In this document: piece by piece, positions 13,033 to 24,119 of the stretch
Layout of the letters: every line of letters begins with the position of its first letter
Position numbering within the stretch: the first letter of the stretch is position 1
Assembly: GCA_036172245.1 (NCBI GenBank)
Contig: JAYWIR010000026.1
Coordinates: 868,001 to 932,000 of the forward strand
Origin: Raillietiella orientalis
Taxonomy: Eukaryota
DNA: 64,000 bases
Direction of reading: 5' to 3'
The notes under the pieces: generated by a model
The model's input: the letters and a program-made list of their open reading frames with translations, nothing else
What the model was told of the DNA's origin: nothing
Databases searched by the model: none
Position numbers and translations under genes: made by a program

Positions 13033-16000
13033 ATGGCCTCTTCCCTATCGACCGCCAGGAGGATGAACATCGCCTCCTGGAACGTAAACGGTGTGGTCGA
13101 CCAGGGAAAAAGAAGAAGGATTGTGCGGACCATCGCACAACAAGACATCGTGTGCCTGCAGGGGACCCACAGGATGGGTCTGGAGATAAGCCAGCGAATG
13201 GAACGACGATTCAACGGGCAGATGTTCGTCAACGAAGGAGAACGGAACACGAAGGGTGTGGCGGTGCTAATAAAGAACCACTTAGCCCCCACTATTCTGG
13301 AAGTGTTCTGTCCCCAACCCGGACGAATCATCGGCGTGCGACTGGCCTGGTCCGCGACTGTTCACCTTATCCTGGTTCACTTTATCGCATCCAGGGGTTT
13401 CGTGACACTATGACTACGGTGTCCGATCACCCCCTGGTGCGGTTTTCCCTAAGAACGGAGAATCCTCGGCGGAGGCAAGGCACCAGGGCGGCGCTCATCA
13501 GCATGCCCGCCTGGTTCGAAACCCATCCCGGACATCAGGCTGTCCTGGAGGCGATTCTGAGGGCAACAACAATCCGAAGAGTCGCCGACTGGGACAGCCT
13601 GAAACACAGGATACACCTGTTTGCGAACATGCAGTTCGGGGATAGGCGCTTGAAGCAAGAGGCGTACCGGGAGCTGAACATCCAAGATCGCTCCCTCTCA
13701 AAGTACTTCGATCAGTACGAGAGTCGGTACGTCCTCAATAACATAAAAGGGGAAGTCGGCGTGCTGGAGAAGAGAAATCTGGCAACAGATATCTTCTGCA
13801 TCCGGTACGACGGCCAAAAGCGACAGTCGTCTGAGGACATCGTGGATGCCTTTCACAGGCATTACACGAAACACTTCAGGCGACAACAGCTGTGTCGCTC
13901 TAGTCAACAGGCCTTCTTGAGCTATCTCGAGAAGAGGACCGACGACCTCCAGCGGAACAGACTGGAGGAGGAGTTCTCCGAAGAAGAGGTGAAGACTGCG
14001 TTTGGGCAACTTCGCAAGGACGTGGCAGCGGGCGCTGACAGTGTACCCATCACGCACTATCAGCGGTACCTGCACGCCTACCTGCGCTTGTTCCACCAGT
14101 TGACCGTCTGCATCCGGGAAGAAGGCAGACTACCTCAGTCCTTCTACGAGAGTCGGATGAGATTGCTGCCGAAAGGAGGCGACTCTACCCAGATCGCCCA
14201 ATGGAGGCCAATCTCGATTCTAAACTCCGATGCCAAGTGGTTGGCGAATATCTGGTCCAACCGCTTAGGCAAGGTCATGTCGAGGCTGATCTCTCCGGTC
14301 CAGACATGTGCAGTCCCAGGACGACACATGTCGGACAATGTCAAGTGTGCCCAGGCCACTGTTGGACTCAGTCGATACGTCGGCGAGAACCTGGTGCTGG
14401 TGTTCACTGACATGGAGAAGGCCTTCGACTCCATCGACCACGGGATGCTGCTGAAGGTTCTGGAGAAGCTAGGGCTTCCGGAACACTTCAGCAACTTCGT
14501 GAGGGCAATACTCCAGAACCAGTACTGCCGGATCAAGATCAACGGCCAGGAGACGGCAGCAACCAGGATGGAACGAGGAGTCCGACAGGGCGACTCGCTA
14601 AGTCCGATGCTGTTCGTCATCTATATGGAGGCGTTGTCGTCCTTTATAGAGAAGAGCGGACGACTAAGCGGGATTACCATCGATAGCCAGCGTCTTACCC
14701 ATCTGGCATACGCCGATGATCTACTCTTCTTCATCAAGGGAGAGAAAAATCAGCGTGCGTTTCTGGATGTGGTGGACCTGATGGAACAGGGCTTGGGCTT
14801 AAAAATCAATTCCCAGAAGAGCCAGCTTTTGCCCGTCGGAATACTGGATCTCTCCACTCTAAAGGGTAGTGGATTCCGTACGGTGGACACGGCCAAGTAC
14901 CTGGGAGTCTACATCGGCGACGGCTCTGCGTCGAAGCTGCTGTGGAAGGAAATCCTGGGGAAAACGGCCAAGGAAGCAGCCAAGTACACCCGAACGGACC
15001 TTGGGATGAAGCGAAAGGCCAACATATGGAACGCAGTACTCCTTCCGAAAGTGCTCTTCGGGGCGGCCTTCGCGAGGATGAACAAGGACACTACTAGGGA
15101 GTTCGACAAGCTGCAAAGAAAAACACTCTGGGGCCACTATCGCCCAAGAGTAAGACTGAAACCCCTGTGTCGTCCCAGGGTAGAAGGCGGTTCCGGGATG
15201 AAGTCGCTTGCACATTCCATGGAAATCATGGATACGCGACACATCCTGGACATTGCCACTCACTGGGATGACTGGCCGTATGCGGCGCACAGGGCCTACG
15301 CGTTGTTGCTTAACAACTCGAAAGGCCTGATGACTGCGCTGCTAGGCAAAGTAGGGGAATGGATAACAATCGACCCGACCTGGAGGAGGAAGCAACGGCT
15401 GGTGCGGAAGCACCAAATCAAGATCGTGCCGCGAAGCAGGGAATTCTGGCAGGACGAGTCCATCCTGGTGATCCCTTGGTTGCTTCCTGTCCCGCCGGAC
15501 ACGAGAAGCTGGATCTACCAGCGGTCCAGAGTTACCCTACTGCAAATCCAGGAGTGGAGGCGAGGAGGCTACCTACATCAAACACGTATACTTCGGCATA
15601 CAGAGATGATGTTAGGAAGGTTTACCCACAGGACCCGCGAAGTGTGGTTCAACCACAACGACTTCGCATGGTCGAGGGTAACCAGAACAAACCTCCGAAG
15701 GCTTATCCAAGAAAACGACCGTGACACCAGTGCCCTCCAGGAAGCCACCGAACGCTACGGGAGTGAACGGTTCAACCTGTTAGCGATCGGCACGACGCTC
15801 TGGAGGAGTGACCTTCCGCCGGGCACCCAGGATGACCTCCTGATGTTTTATCACGGAGGAATCCAGAGTGGGTCCCGATTGCAGCACTTCACATGAAGAC
15901 GGGAAGATCGAGACTGCACAGCATGTGGAGACATTGACACGAGACTGCACGTCTTGACGTGTCCCACATTGCTGCATGACTGGCTGATCCTGAAAAGTAT

Positions 16001-16307
16001 CATCGGACTCACCACCAGGTCCGTAATGGAGATCCTCGCCGGGATGTTTCATGGGGATGGTAATGTTCCCTGTTACAATCCCATGGTGAGGACGACCATC
16101 GCCCTCTTCATCACCGCCATACTTGTGCGGTGGTGGAAAATGAGGAAAGCCAGAAGAGCCGCACCACCGATGGAGATCCTACAAGGGCTCCTGAAGAGGG
16201 CAATCGGCATTAGAAACTGTGGGAAAATCCAAACCTGGACGTACCGATTCATCCTGAAGAGGATAGAAGACGACGCCCGGGACCAAACAGCAGGAAACCC
16301 ACCATGA
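13033..16307 (+). pseudogene. ORF2 (APE endonuclease-reverse transcriptase) of segment E, disrupted
   Basis: Starts MASSLSTARRMNIASWNVNG. The middle of the endonuclease (NVYAP/GDFN region) appears deleted, with a frameshift near 13390. RT is open to 15896, where there is a stop just before the CCHC. Confidence 0.88.
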
Positions 16308-16451
16308 GTGCAGAACTTGTGAGAACCCAAGGACTTCATAGTGGTAAAAAAAAAGTGCTAATGGTATAAATGAGATTGTAGTGTGAATGTTTTTATAGAA
16401 AAATTTTAGAAAAATAAATTTACCCCACCCCTCGTGGGACTTGCGGAAAAC

Positions 16452-17812
16452 TGCCGAGTCGGCGATGGGGCGACTGCATGTAGCGTGCTTTTGCTTGTCG
16501 CGACGCTGCTTTTTACGGCTTTCGTAGCCTTTGCAGAGGGGCCTGCGCTGCAGTGGGGCTGTCCGGAACTCGGAAGGGACAACGGAACGGGGCAAGAAGT
16601 CTTCGCACTGTTGCGATCTTCCTGTTTTCCTACCTTTCCCTCCAGGGTGTTACGGAGATTTCCTGGTTCCTGGCTCGGAGAGGTGCCTGCGAGTTCGGCA
16701 GAGAGGGAAGGCACGGCACGCGTCAAACCCTCGCGCCCCTTTTTAATTGGCTTCCTCGCCGTGACTTTCCCCTTTCGGGGCGTTGCGGGCGGGGATGCTT
16801 TCTTTTCATCCGCGGATCGCTCGTGGTTTTTTCCGAGTTTTTGCAGACGACGTTTTCTATTTGCCGCTGCGGATTTTCGTGCAGTGGTCTCTTGAACCCG
16901 ACGAATTTCCGCTGCGGCTCTTTTTCTTGCAAGTACCGGGCACTTTTTGATTTGGTGCCCGGAATGTTTGCAATTGCGGCATCTTGGAGAGGGGCACTCT
17001 TCAATTCGGTGCCCATCCTTGCCGCACTGCTCGCACGCTCGAATCTGACCTATGAACCACAGGTGAACGACCGTGCCGTTCACCTGCAACTGCTCAGGCA
17101 CAACACGCCTGTTCGCGACGGTGATCCGCGCGGAGGCTTGTCCAATGTGGACAGACGGAAAATCCTTTAGAGGATTTGGCCTCCTCCACAGAGCGTGCAC
17201 CGTGGCAAACTTCGCCATCACACTTACGACATCGCGGTCGGAGATTTCCGGTTTGATGTCGCACAATTGAACGACAAAAGAGTCGTCCATCGCAATAGGT
17301 AGTACTTCCTTGCCATTGATGGTCAACGGCGTACGGAGAAGGCGCTGCAAAAGTGCTGCGTTCTTGCACCGAATCTTCGTATATTCCATCCTGCCAGCAG
17401 GCATTATGGCAAGAAGTTCCTTCTCGCGAACGCCGATCCGGACGAGCTCATCATTGAGCTCACGACCGATTTTCCCGTTGAGGGGCCCACTGACCTTATA
17501 ACGGAGTGCAGGCATGTATCCTAATGACACATATGCCTGGAACTCCGCATCGCAGGGTCCTGGTCTTTGGGAGGTAACGGCGGCGCAACTACTCACTGGG
17601 GGCGAGGAAACCTTTACAGAGGATGCGGCTGCTTCAAGTGCAGCTGAAGTGCCTCCAGTGGCTTCCTCCTCCACACTATCCTGTGTACTGGCCATGTTGC
17701 ACTATGCTACTTGGCAGATTGCACAGAAACACACAAGTGCGAGCGAAAACGCAGGCACAAAGTTGTTCGATCGTTGGCGCGAATAGACGCGGAAACACGT
17801 CTGCACTGTACG
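16452..17812 (-). mobile_element. Segment F: 5' UTR plus ORF1 N-terminal part of a family-1 element (likely continues as segment C)
   Basis: ORF from ATG 17695 with knuckles CEQCGKDGHRIEEC and CRNCKHSGHQIKKC, homologous to ORF1 of segment I. 5' motif GTGCAGACGTGTTTCCGCG lies next to the TSD. Confidence 0.88.
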
Positions 17813-19366
17813 AGCGCAAGAGATCGAACGGATCTCCGGAGGGCGGCTATGGTAAACGTGCGGGAGAGCGAAAAGTTGCGGTGTCGCCTACCTGCTTCGG
17901 CCAGCCGTCGAGGCCGCGGTTCGGGGCGTGCGGTTCGACGATCACGGTCGTGTCGGCCAGCTGACTCTCAGGTGGTCCGACTCGATCGATCTGAGCGTCA
18001 CGAACGTGTACGCACCGAGCGGCGCGGACCTGATGACTAGGAGGGCGAGGAAAGAGTTTTTCCTTGCCCTACGCCGAGACTGGCTGACCGAAGCAGGCGT
18101 GCGGAATGCACATTTGGTTGCAGGCGATTTCAACGTTCGCCTGGAACCAGATGGGCAGAATCCCGAGCGTGACCTGGCCAACGAGGTGTGCATGGCGGTG
18201 CACACCTGTAATTTGTTGGCCAGTGCACCGCAGATGGAAGACAGCATTGACCACGTGTTTCTTGACGAGTACCTGTGCCCTTGCGTAGGCAGGCGCGGCA
18301 AGTTTCCGTGCGAGCTGTCCGACCATCGCCCGTTAGTCCTCGAGATCCATGCGCGCCGCAGGGGCCCCCCTCGTCAGCGTGGCTTCTCCCAGGGAACTGG
18401 CTTAAGCTCCCGGACGCTACGAAACATCTTCGCACGTTCACACGTAGCTTCAGGATGCAGACACTCCAGGATTGGGACTGCTTCAAAAGGTCCGTCCACG
18501 AGTTCTGCGACCAGTTCCCTCTGCACCGCCTACCTACGGGTTTTGGGACCAGGGTCCGTAACGAACGAGCCTATCTGCAGGCTCGCCGTTACGCCAGGAC
18601 CCCCGACATCCGCAGGCTGGCGAAATACAAAGCGGGAGCCGAGAGGCAAGCCTGGCAGTCCGGAGCGGCCAGCTTACTGGACGATCAGGGCCAGGAGCAC
18701 TCGGCACCTGCCCAAATCCGCGACCTGCTGCGGAGTTACTACTCCTCCCTGTATGCCAGGGCACCTCCGGAGAGGAACGTCTCACGACTCCTGCTTCCGG
18801 AAGGCGCTCCAGCGATCGGGGAGGAGAAGAGAAAGACCCTCGACGAGCCTCTCACGATGGACGAGATACTCTCGGCCATCGGAAAGCTCAAGAGGCAAAA
18901 GGCTTCAGGGGAGGACGGCCTGCCCGCGGAGTTTTATCAAACTTTCGCGGCTGAGCTTACCCCCCTGGTACAGCAACTCACCTTGCTGATACGCGAAACT
19001 GGTGACGTTCCCGCCTTGTTTCGTTCGGCGAAGGTGCGGCTCCTCCCTAAGGGAGGAGATCTGAGGAGCATAAACAACTGGCATCCCATCACAATAGTGA
19101 ATGCGGACGCCAAGTTGCTAGCAAAGGTTTGGGCATAGCGTCTGGGACGGGTTGCCAACATCTTCATCAGCCCGGAACAGACATATTCTGTTCCCGGGCG
19201 AAGCATGGAGGCGAACCTGTTCCGCGCTTCCACCTGGCTAGACCTCCAACATGAAAGGAGCTTGGTGCGCAACCGGAATTCCGGTGCGTGCTCCGGCAAG
19301 AGGTTGGATGCTCGAGTGGGGGAAAGAGTTCTTGCGGTCTCAATCAACTTGCGGAAAGCATTCGAT
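17813..19366 (+). mobile_element. Segment G: continuation of segment a (endonuclease to RT 'KAFD')
   Basis: AQEIERISGGRL..., NVYAP, GDFN, SDH, WHPIT, with stops and a frameshift. Cut at NLRKAFD by segment H. Confidence 0.9.
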
Positions 19367-21723
19367 TTTCACCTGGATTTCTCCGGGTCCTTTATTAAAA
19401 AAATAAACTTTGTAAACAAATTATTAATGGCTGTGGCAATGCTCGAGCCAGAAGCTAAGGACCACGGCGCCTGCCAATTCACCGGTTTCTAGACCGGTGC
19501 GGTCCACCAAGGCAGCAGGGGAATGGGGAAAAACAAAAAAAAAAAACTAAACAAAAAAAACAAAGGGTGGGAGGGCACGGGAAGGGATCACTGTTGCTGC
19601 TGGGGCCGCATCATCCCTCTCAGGATGCTGGCAAGCTCTTGTTTGTTGTGAACATCCAGGTGGAACCATCGCGACGCCCTCCTCAGGAATTCGGAGGAGA
19701 ACTGGATGGCTTCCTGATCGCTAGGTCCTCTCATCGCCGTGCTCCAGGCGGCGACGATCCCACGAAGGCAGCACAAGGCTGCTATCGAGGACGCTGGCCG
19801 CAGGGCGTCGGCAACGAAGAAGGCTTTTAGTGCGTCCCTGGGGTTGCTGCAAGGGATACCGATGGCCGCGGCAAAGCGGAACGAAAGGGGCCGAAGGGCA
19901 ACACAATCCACTAGGAGGTGTGGGAGGGACCCCCGTTCCCCGCACCTTACACAATTGGGATCCACCGCTCCCCAGGTCCAGTGGTGTCGACGGGCGTTGC
20001 AGGGGAGTCCCCAGTGCTGCAACAGGAATGCCGACTCCTGCCATTTTAAGGGGAGGGCGGAAGTGTTCATGAGCACCGGGGGTCACTTCAGATGTTCAAT
20101 GGGAACATCGAGCAGCGCGCCACAGCGCAGAAGTCCATTGGGAGGCGTACTCGGGGTCGCAGCATCAGTTAGCTGGCCCGTCTTTTACTCTCTCTGCTTC
20201 TTCTCCTTCCCGGAGATTTTTATTGTAATCTCCCACTTCGCCGCAACATCGCTGTCCTGATGTTCCACTAGGGAGTCCAGCGCAGCAGCGAGGGGGGTTC
20301 TTCCTGACCACGCTCTCTTCTTTGGATCCTCCAGGATCTCAAGAAGCGTGCAACTTCCTTAACACCCAAACAGGAACCTTCGTTCCTGATGGGAGGGTTG
20401 CATGCCGAACTGTCCCCACGTACGAACGGTTTCCTGCAACCAGGCACTACCGTTCGCGGGGAGACAGGTGATCCATCCTTGATTTTTCCTTGCCAGCACA
20501 GCCACTTTCCGTAGCTGAAGCCCACATCGGTTGATGCGGCTTCGATGGAGTGCAAGAAACGACGTAAGTCCCGTCTTGCTGGTGGCTTGCTGAAGAAGGA
20601 GACGTGCAGGGACGCACCAACAGATGCACCACAACTCCGGCACAAGTGCCAAAATCCGGAACTGGAGCTGCAGCTCCAGCCGCTCCAATGTCAGGAGGCC
20701 GAGACCACCGTCCCGACGCGGAGCGCACAAGTCCTTCAAGCGGACTCGGGCCCTCCCGTTGCCCCAAAGGGCGATACGGAGGAGGTCCTTCGTCCGCATA
20801 TTTTGATCCTCTCTTCGGGGGGCCAACAAAAAGCAGGGAACGGAGGAGAGGAGCCGCGAACATGTTCCAAACCGCGGCCCGTTCAGGCAGGAAAAACCTG
20901 CCGCCTCGGAACGGGCCGATGGCCGTCTCTACTTTTGAAGGCAGCCGGACCACGCTTCCGCAGGGGAGTAGTCCCCCAACGGCACACCAAGGTACTTGAA
21001 GTACCTCACCGTGGGGATCCCCAAACGGACCCAGTCCTGCTGCCCTGCCCACGCCGCACCAACTGGCATCACGGACGACTTCGCCCTGTTCACCGTAAGC
21101 CCGGTTCCTCGATTCAGCAGGTCGAAGAACTTCTCGACCGCCGAAGCCGGGGTGGACATAGGGAGCAGTAGCAGGAGGTCGTCCGCATATGCTGAAACCG
21201 CAGGCGTTCCGGCTTATTCATGTGGCAGGTGCGCCAGAGTTTCCCTCTACGCTTTCAGTACCAACTCAAAGTAGGTACTGAAGAACAAGGGGCTCAGGCT
21301 GTCTCCTTGCCGGATCCCACGTCGCAACGGCACGCCGTGAACAGTATGCCCGCTGAAAGTAACATTGATTAGCGCATCGCGCCAGCTAGAGCGCAGATAG
21401 GCCAATAATGAGGCCGGGAAGCCCAAGCGTTCCCAAAGTTCCAGCAGGAGATTCTGGTCGACGCTGTCGAATGCTTTACGCAAGTCGACAGCGACCGCAA
21501 GTGCTCCCTCCCCCATCCGACCATCCGTCGCATGACTGACGGACTCACCAGATTCACCGGTGCGCATCAAGCCCCTTTCGTGTTGGAGCTCTAGCCAGGT
21601 GGAAGCGTGGAACAGGTTCGCCTCCATGCTTCGCCCCGGAACAGCATACGTCTGTTCCGGGCTGATGAAGGCGTTTGCAACCCGTCCCAAACGCTCAGCC
21701 CAAACCTTGGCTATCAACTTGGC
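19367..21723 (-). mobile_element. Segment H: 3' part of family-1 element L+H (RT to CCHC, plus 3' UTR)
   Basis: AKLIAKVW...KAFD...QGDSLSP, then YADD and CVRC. Close relative of segment D. 3' motif AATAAA (19391-19396, minus) + CCCGG/CCAGG-TGAAA. Confidence 0.92.
21711..21723. repeat. Target-site duplication, left copy, CTATCAACTTGGC (right copy 31973-31985)
   Basis: Identical 13-mer flanks the plus-strand element 21724-31972. Removal restores minus-strand IVNADAKLIAKVW. Confidence 0.92.
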
Positions 21724-24119
21724 GTGCGGACGTGTTTTTTCCGCGCTCCTCTGCGCCTGTTGTAAAGCGTGCTTTTTAGGTAGTGTTTGTGTGTGGAGCA
21801 TCTGCGGTGTCCAATGGCAGAAATGCTTGAGGACACCGCGATGGAAGTCGGCGGGAGAGAGGATTGCTCCTCTCCCCAACCTATTGAGGTGGGGGCAACC
21901 GCCCCCACGGAGGAGAGAGCAACCGCTCCCTTGAAAAAGGGGCAACCGCCTCTCCGGAAACGAGGGCTACTGCCACCTTGAAAAAGGGAGCAACCGTCCT
22001 CGTGCAAAAGGCCGCAACCGCCCCCTTGAAAAAGGGGACAACCGCCGCCTTGGAAAAGGCCGCAACCGCCCCCTTGAAAAAGGGGACAACCGCCGCCTTG
22101 GAAAAGGCCGCAACCGCCCCCTTGAAAAAGGGGACAACCGCCGCCTTGGAAAAGGGCGCAAACGCCTCCTTGAAAAAGGGGGCAACCGCGTCCTTGGATC
22201 CACCTGCTCCAGGCACGAAGACCTGGAGCTCCGTGGCTGCAGCGACATCTCCTGCTGCCTTAGCAGAACAACGGAACTACCTGGAACAAGGATACAAGCC
22301 GTCCTTGATTTACAAGGTAGGAAACCTGTTTATAGGGAACACCGCTCGTAACTTTGAAAGGGAGTTACAGCGGTTGGATGTTAAAGAGGAAGACCTGGAA
22401 GGTCTCTCCGTGATGAGTGGGGGCCAGCGGGTGGAGCTGACGTGCAAAAATGCAAGTCTGGCTCAACGCCTGCTGAACACTCCCATCACTCTGGAAGGCC
22501 GAAAAGTCTTCCCTGTAACGGAGGACCGCTCCATTGTTGCTCACCTTACGGGTGTAACTCTTCGCATGACCAAAGCTGGCGTGCAGGAAGAGTTACAAAA
22601 ACATGGTACGGTGCACGCGCTCTGGACCAAGCCCAACGTCTTCCAAACATACGGAAGACTGTTCAGTGGCATGGCTGCAGCGCGTGTGACGGTCCACGAA
22701 AACGGTGGGCTGCCCCACAAACTCGACGTCGGCAACGAGGTCGTCGACGTCTGGTACGTGGGCAAGCCCAAGTACTGTGGGCACTGTGATGCAACACGGC
22801 ACCTGAAAAAACGGTGCCCACTCATCCAGTGCTTCCACTGCGGCGAAAAGGGCAACCTGCGGAAGATGTGTCCTAAACGCGAAACCCCAGCTCCCCCTGC
22901 TTTGAAAAAAGCCAAAGGGAAACGCGCGGGGCGATCGGACAAGCCTAAGGAGGCACCCGAGAGGCGGAACCCACAGGCGGAGCCCGAGCCCGTACAGCAA
23001 ACGCCGGTCGTGGAATCCACCGACGACGCTGAAAAGAGCGAAGGCTGGCAGAAGGCGAAGCCTAAAGCTAAAAAACCAAAGAAAACCGAAGCATCGACAG
23101 CGGAACCCGCGACGTCTCCTTTAAATAGGAGACAACGCCGCGCGTTGATCCGCGAATGCTCGGTAGCTTTGGAGCGTGTGGAGGTACCCGAGACCGCCAC
23201 CGGGGCAGATATCCCCCGCGTCGACGCCGACGCTAACGCGATCACGGAAGGCGAACCCTCTGTGCAAACAGAGGGGGAGCCGCGCGACGCGCTCTCCGCG
23301 ATCGACGAGGCCGCCTTCCAGCAGGCGGCGGAAGAGCTCGCGGCCGAACTCGCCGACCGTGAGAACATCGCGCGAAAGGCCTTGCGAAGGCCGGCCGCGA
23401 CCAGGGCACCTCCGACAGGTGACCACGACCCGGATCCCGGAAGTGCGTCCTCTTCCACGGAGGCGCCTCCGAAGAAGACTGGACGGAAGTCCAAGAATCC
23501 CAAGAGGCGCATCCCGACGAAGAGCGAGGGGGACGCACCGGCAGCCGAAGGGGAAGCCGGCAGCGTGAGAACGGAGGGAGGAATTTTCCCACCCTCCGCC
23601 ACCGAGCAGCAGGCCACCCCCATGGAGGAGGGGGAGCAGGTAGGGCATTGCCTCCCCCTTCCACCGGTGGAGCCTGCGGAGAAGATGGTCATGAAAGAGG
23701 GGGAGCAGACAGCTGAGATCCGCTCCCCCCTGCCGTCCATCGCAGTCGAGGAATCGGCCCCCATGGAAGAGGGGTAGCAGGTGCGTGAAGCATGCTCCCT
23801 TCAACCGTTGCGGTCGCCGAGGAATCGGCCCCCATGGAGGTGGGATAACCGCTGGGCGGTGCCCCCATGCCTCCATCCGTCCCGCCCGACCAGGTGGCGG
23901 GAGCCCCATTGCCACTTTCCCACGACTAACACCTGGGCTCGCCTGTCGCCGTCGATTGCGTGTGGCCTGTTGGAACGTCAACGGGCTGCGCGACGACGGC
24001 AACAGACGGGACACGGCCGCCACCCTGCGTGACTTCGACCTGGCACTCCTGCAGGAGATCCACGTGATCACCGAGGAGAACGCCCGGGAGATCGAAAGGA
24101 TCGCAGGGGGACGGTTGAT
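21724..24119 (+). mobile_element. Segment I: 5' UTR, ORF1 and ORF2 start of the full-length family-1 element I+K (21724-31972)
   Basis: 5' motif GTGCGGACGTGTTTTTTCCGCG. ORF1 probably starts at ATG 21814, shifts frame in the repeat region and is open 21978-23777, with degenerate knuckles CGHCDATRHLKKRC and CFHCGEKGNLRKMC. ORF2 reads RVACWNVNG...IAGGRL. Confidence 0.9.
21895..22195 (+). repeat. Coding tandem repeat in ORF1, 24-bp unit with 48-bp higher order (ATAPLKKGTTAALEKA)
   Basis: GCAACCGCCCCCTTGAAAAAGGGGACAACCGCCGCCTTGGAAAAGGCC repeated about 3 times almost exactly, with diverged 24-bp units on both sides. Confidence 0.9.

Larger units (their letters stand above)
11055..16451 (+). mobile_element. 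Segment E: near full-length L1/Tx1-type element of a second family
   Basis: ORF1 with three CCHC-type knuckles; ORF2 with WNVNG, WRPIS, DMEKAFD, GVRQGDSLSP, YADD and CTAC...H...C. Distinct 3' motif AATAAA(16413)-CCCAC/GTGGG hairpin-ACTTGCGGAAAA. Confidence 0.93.
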
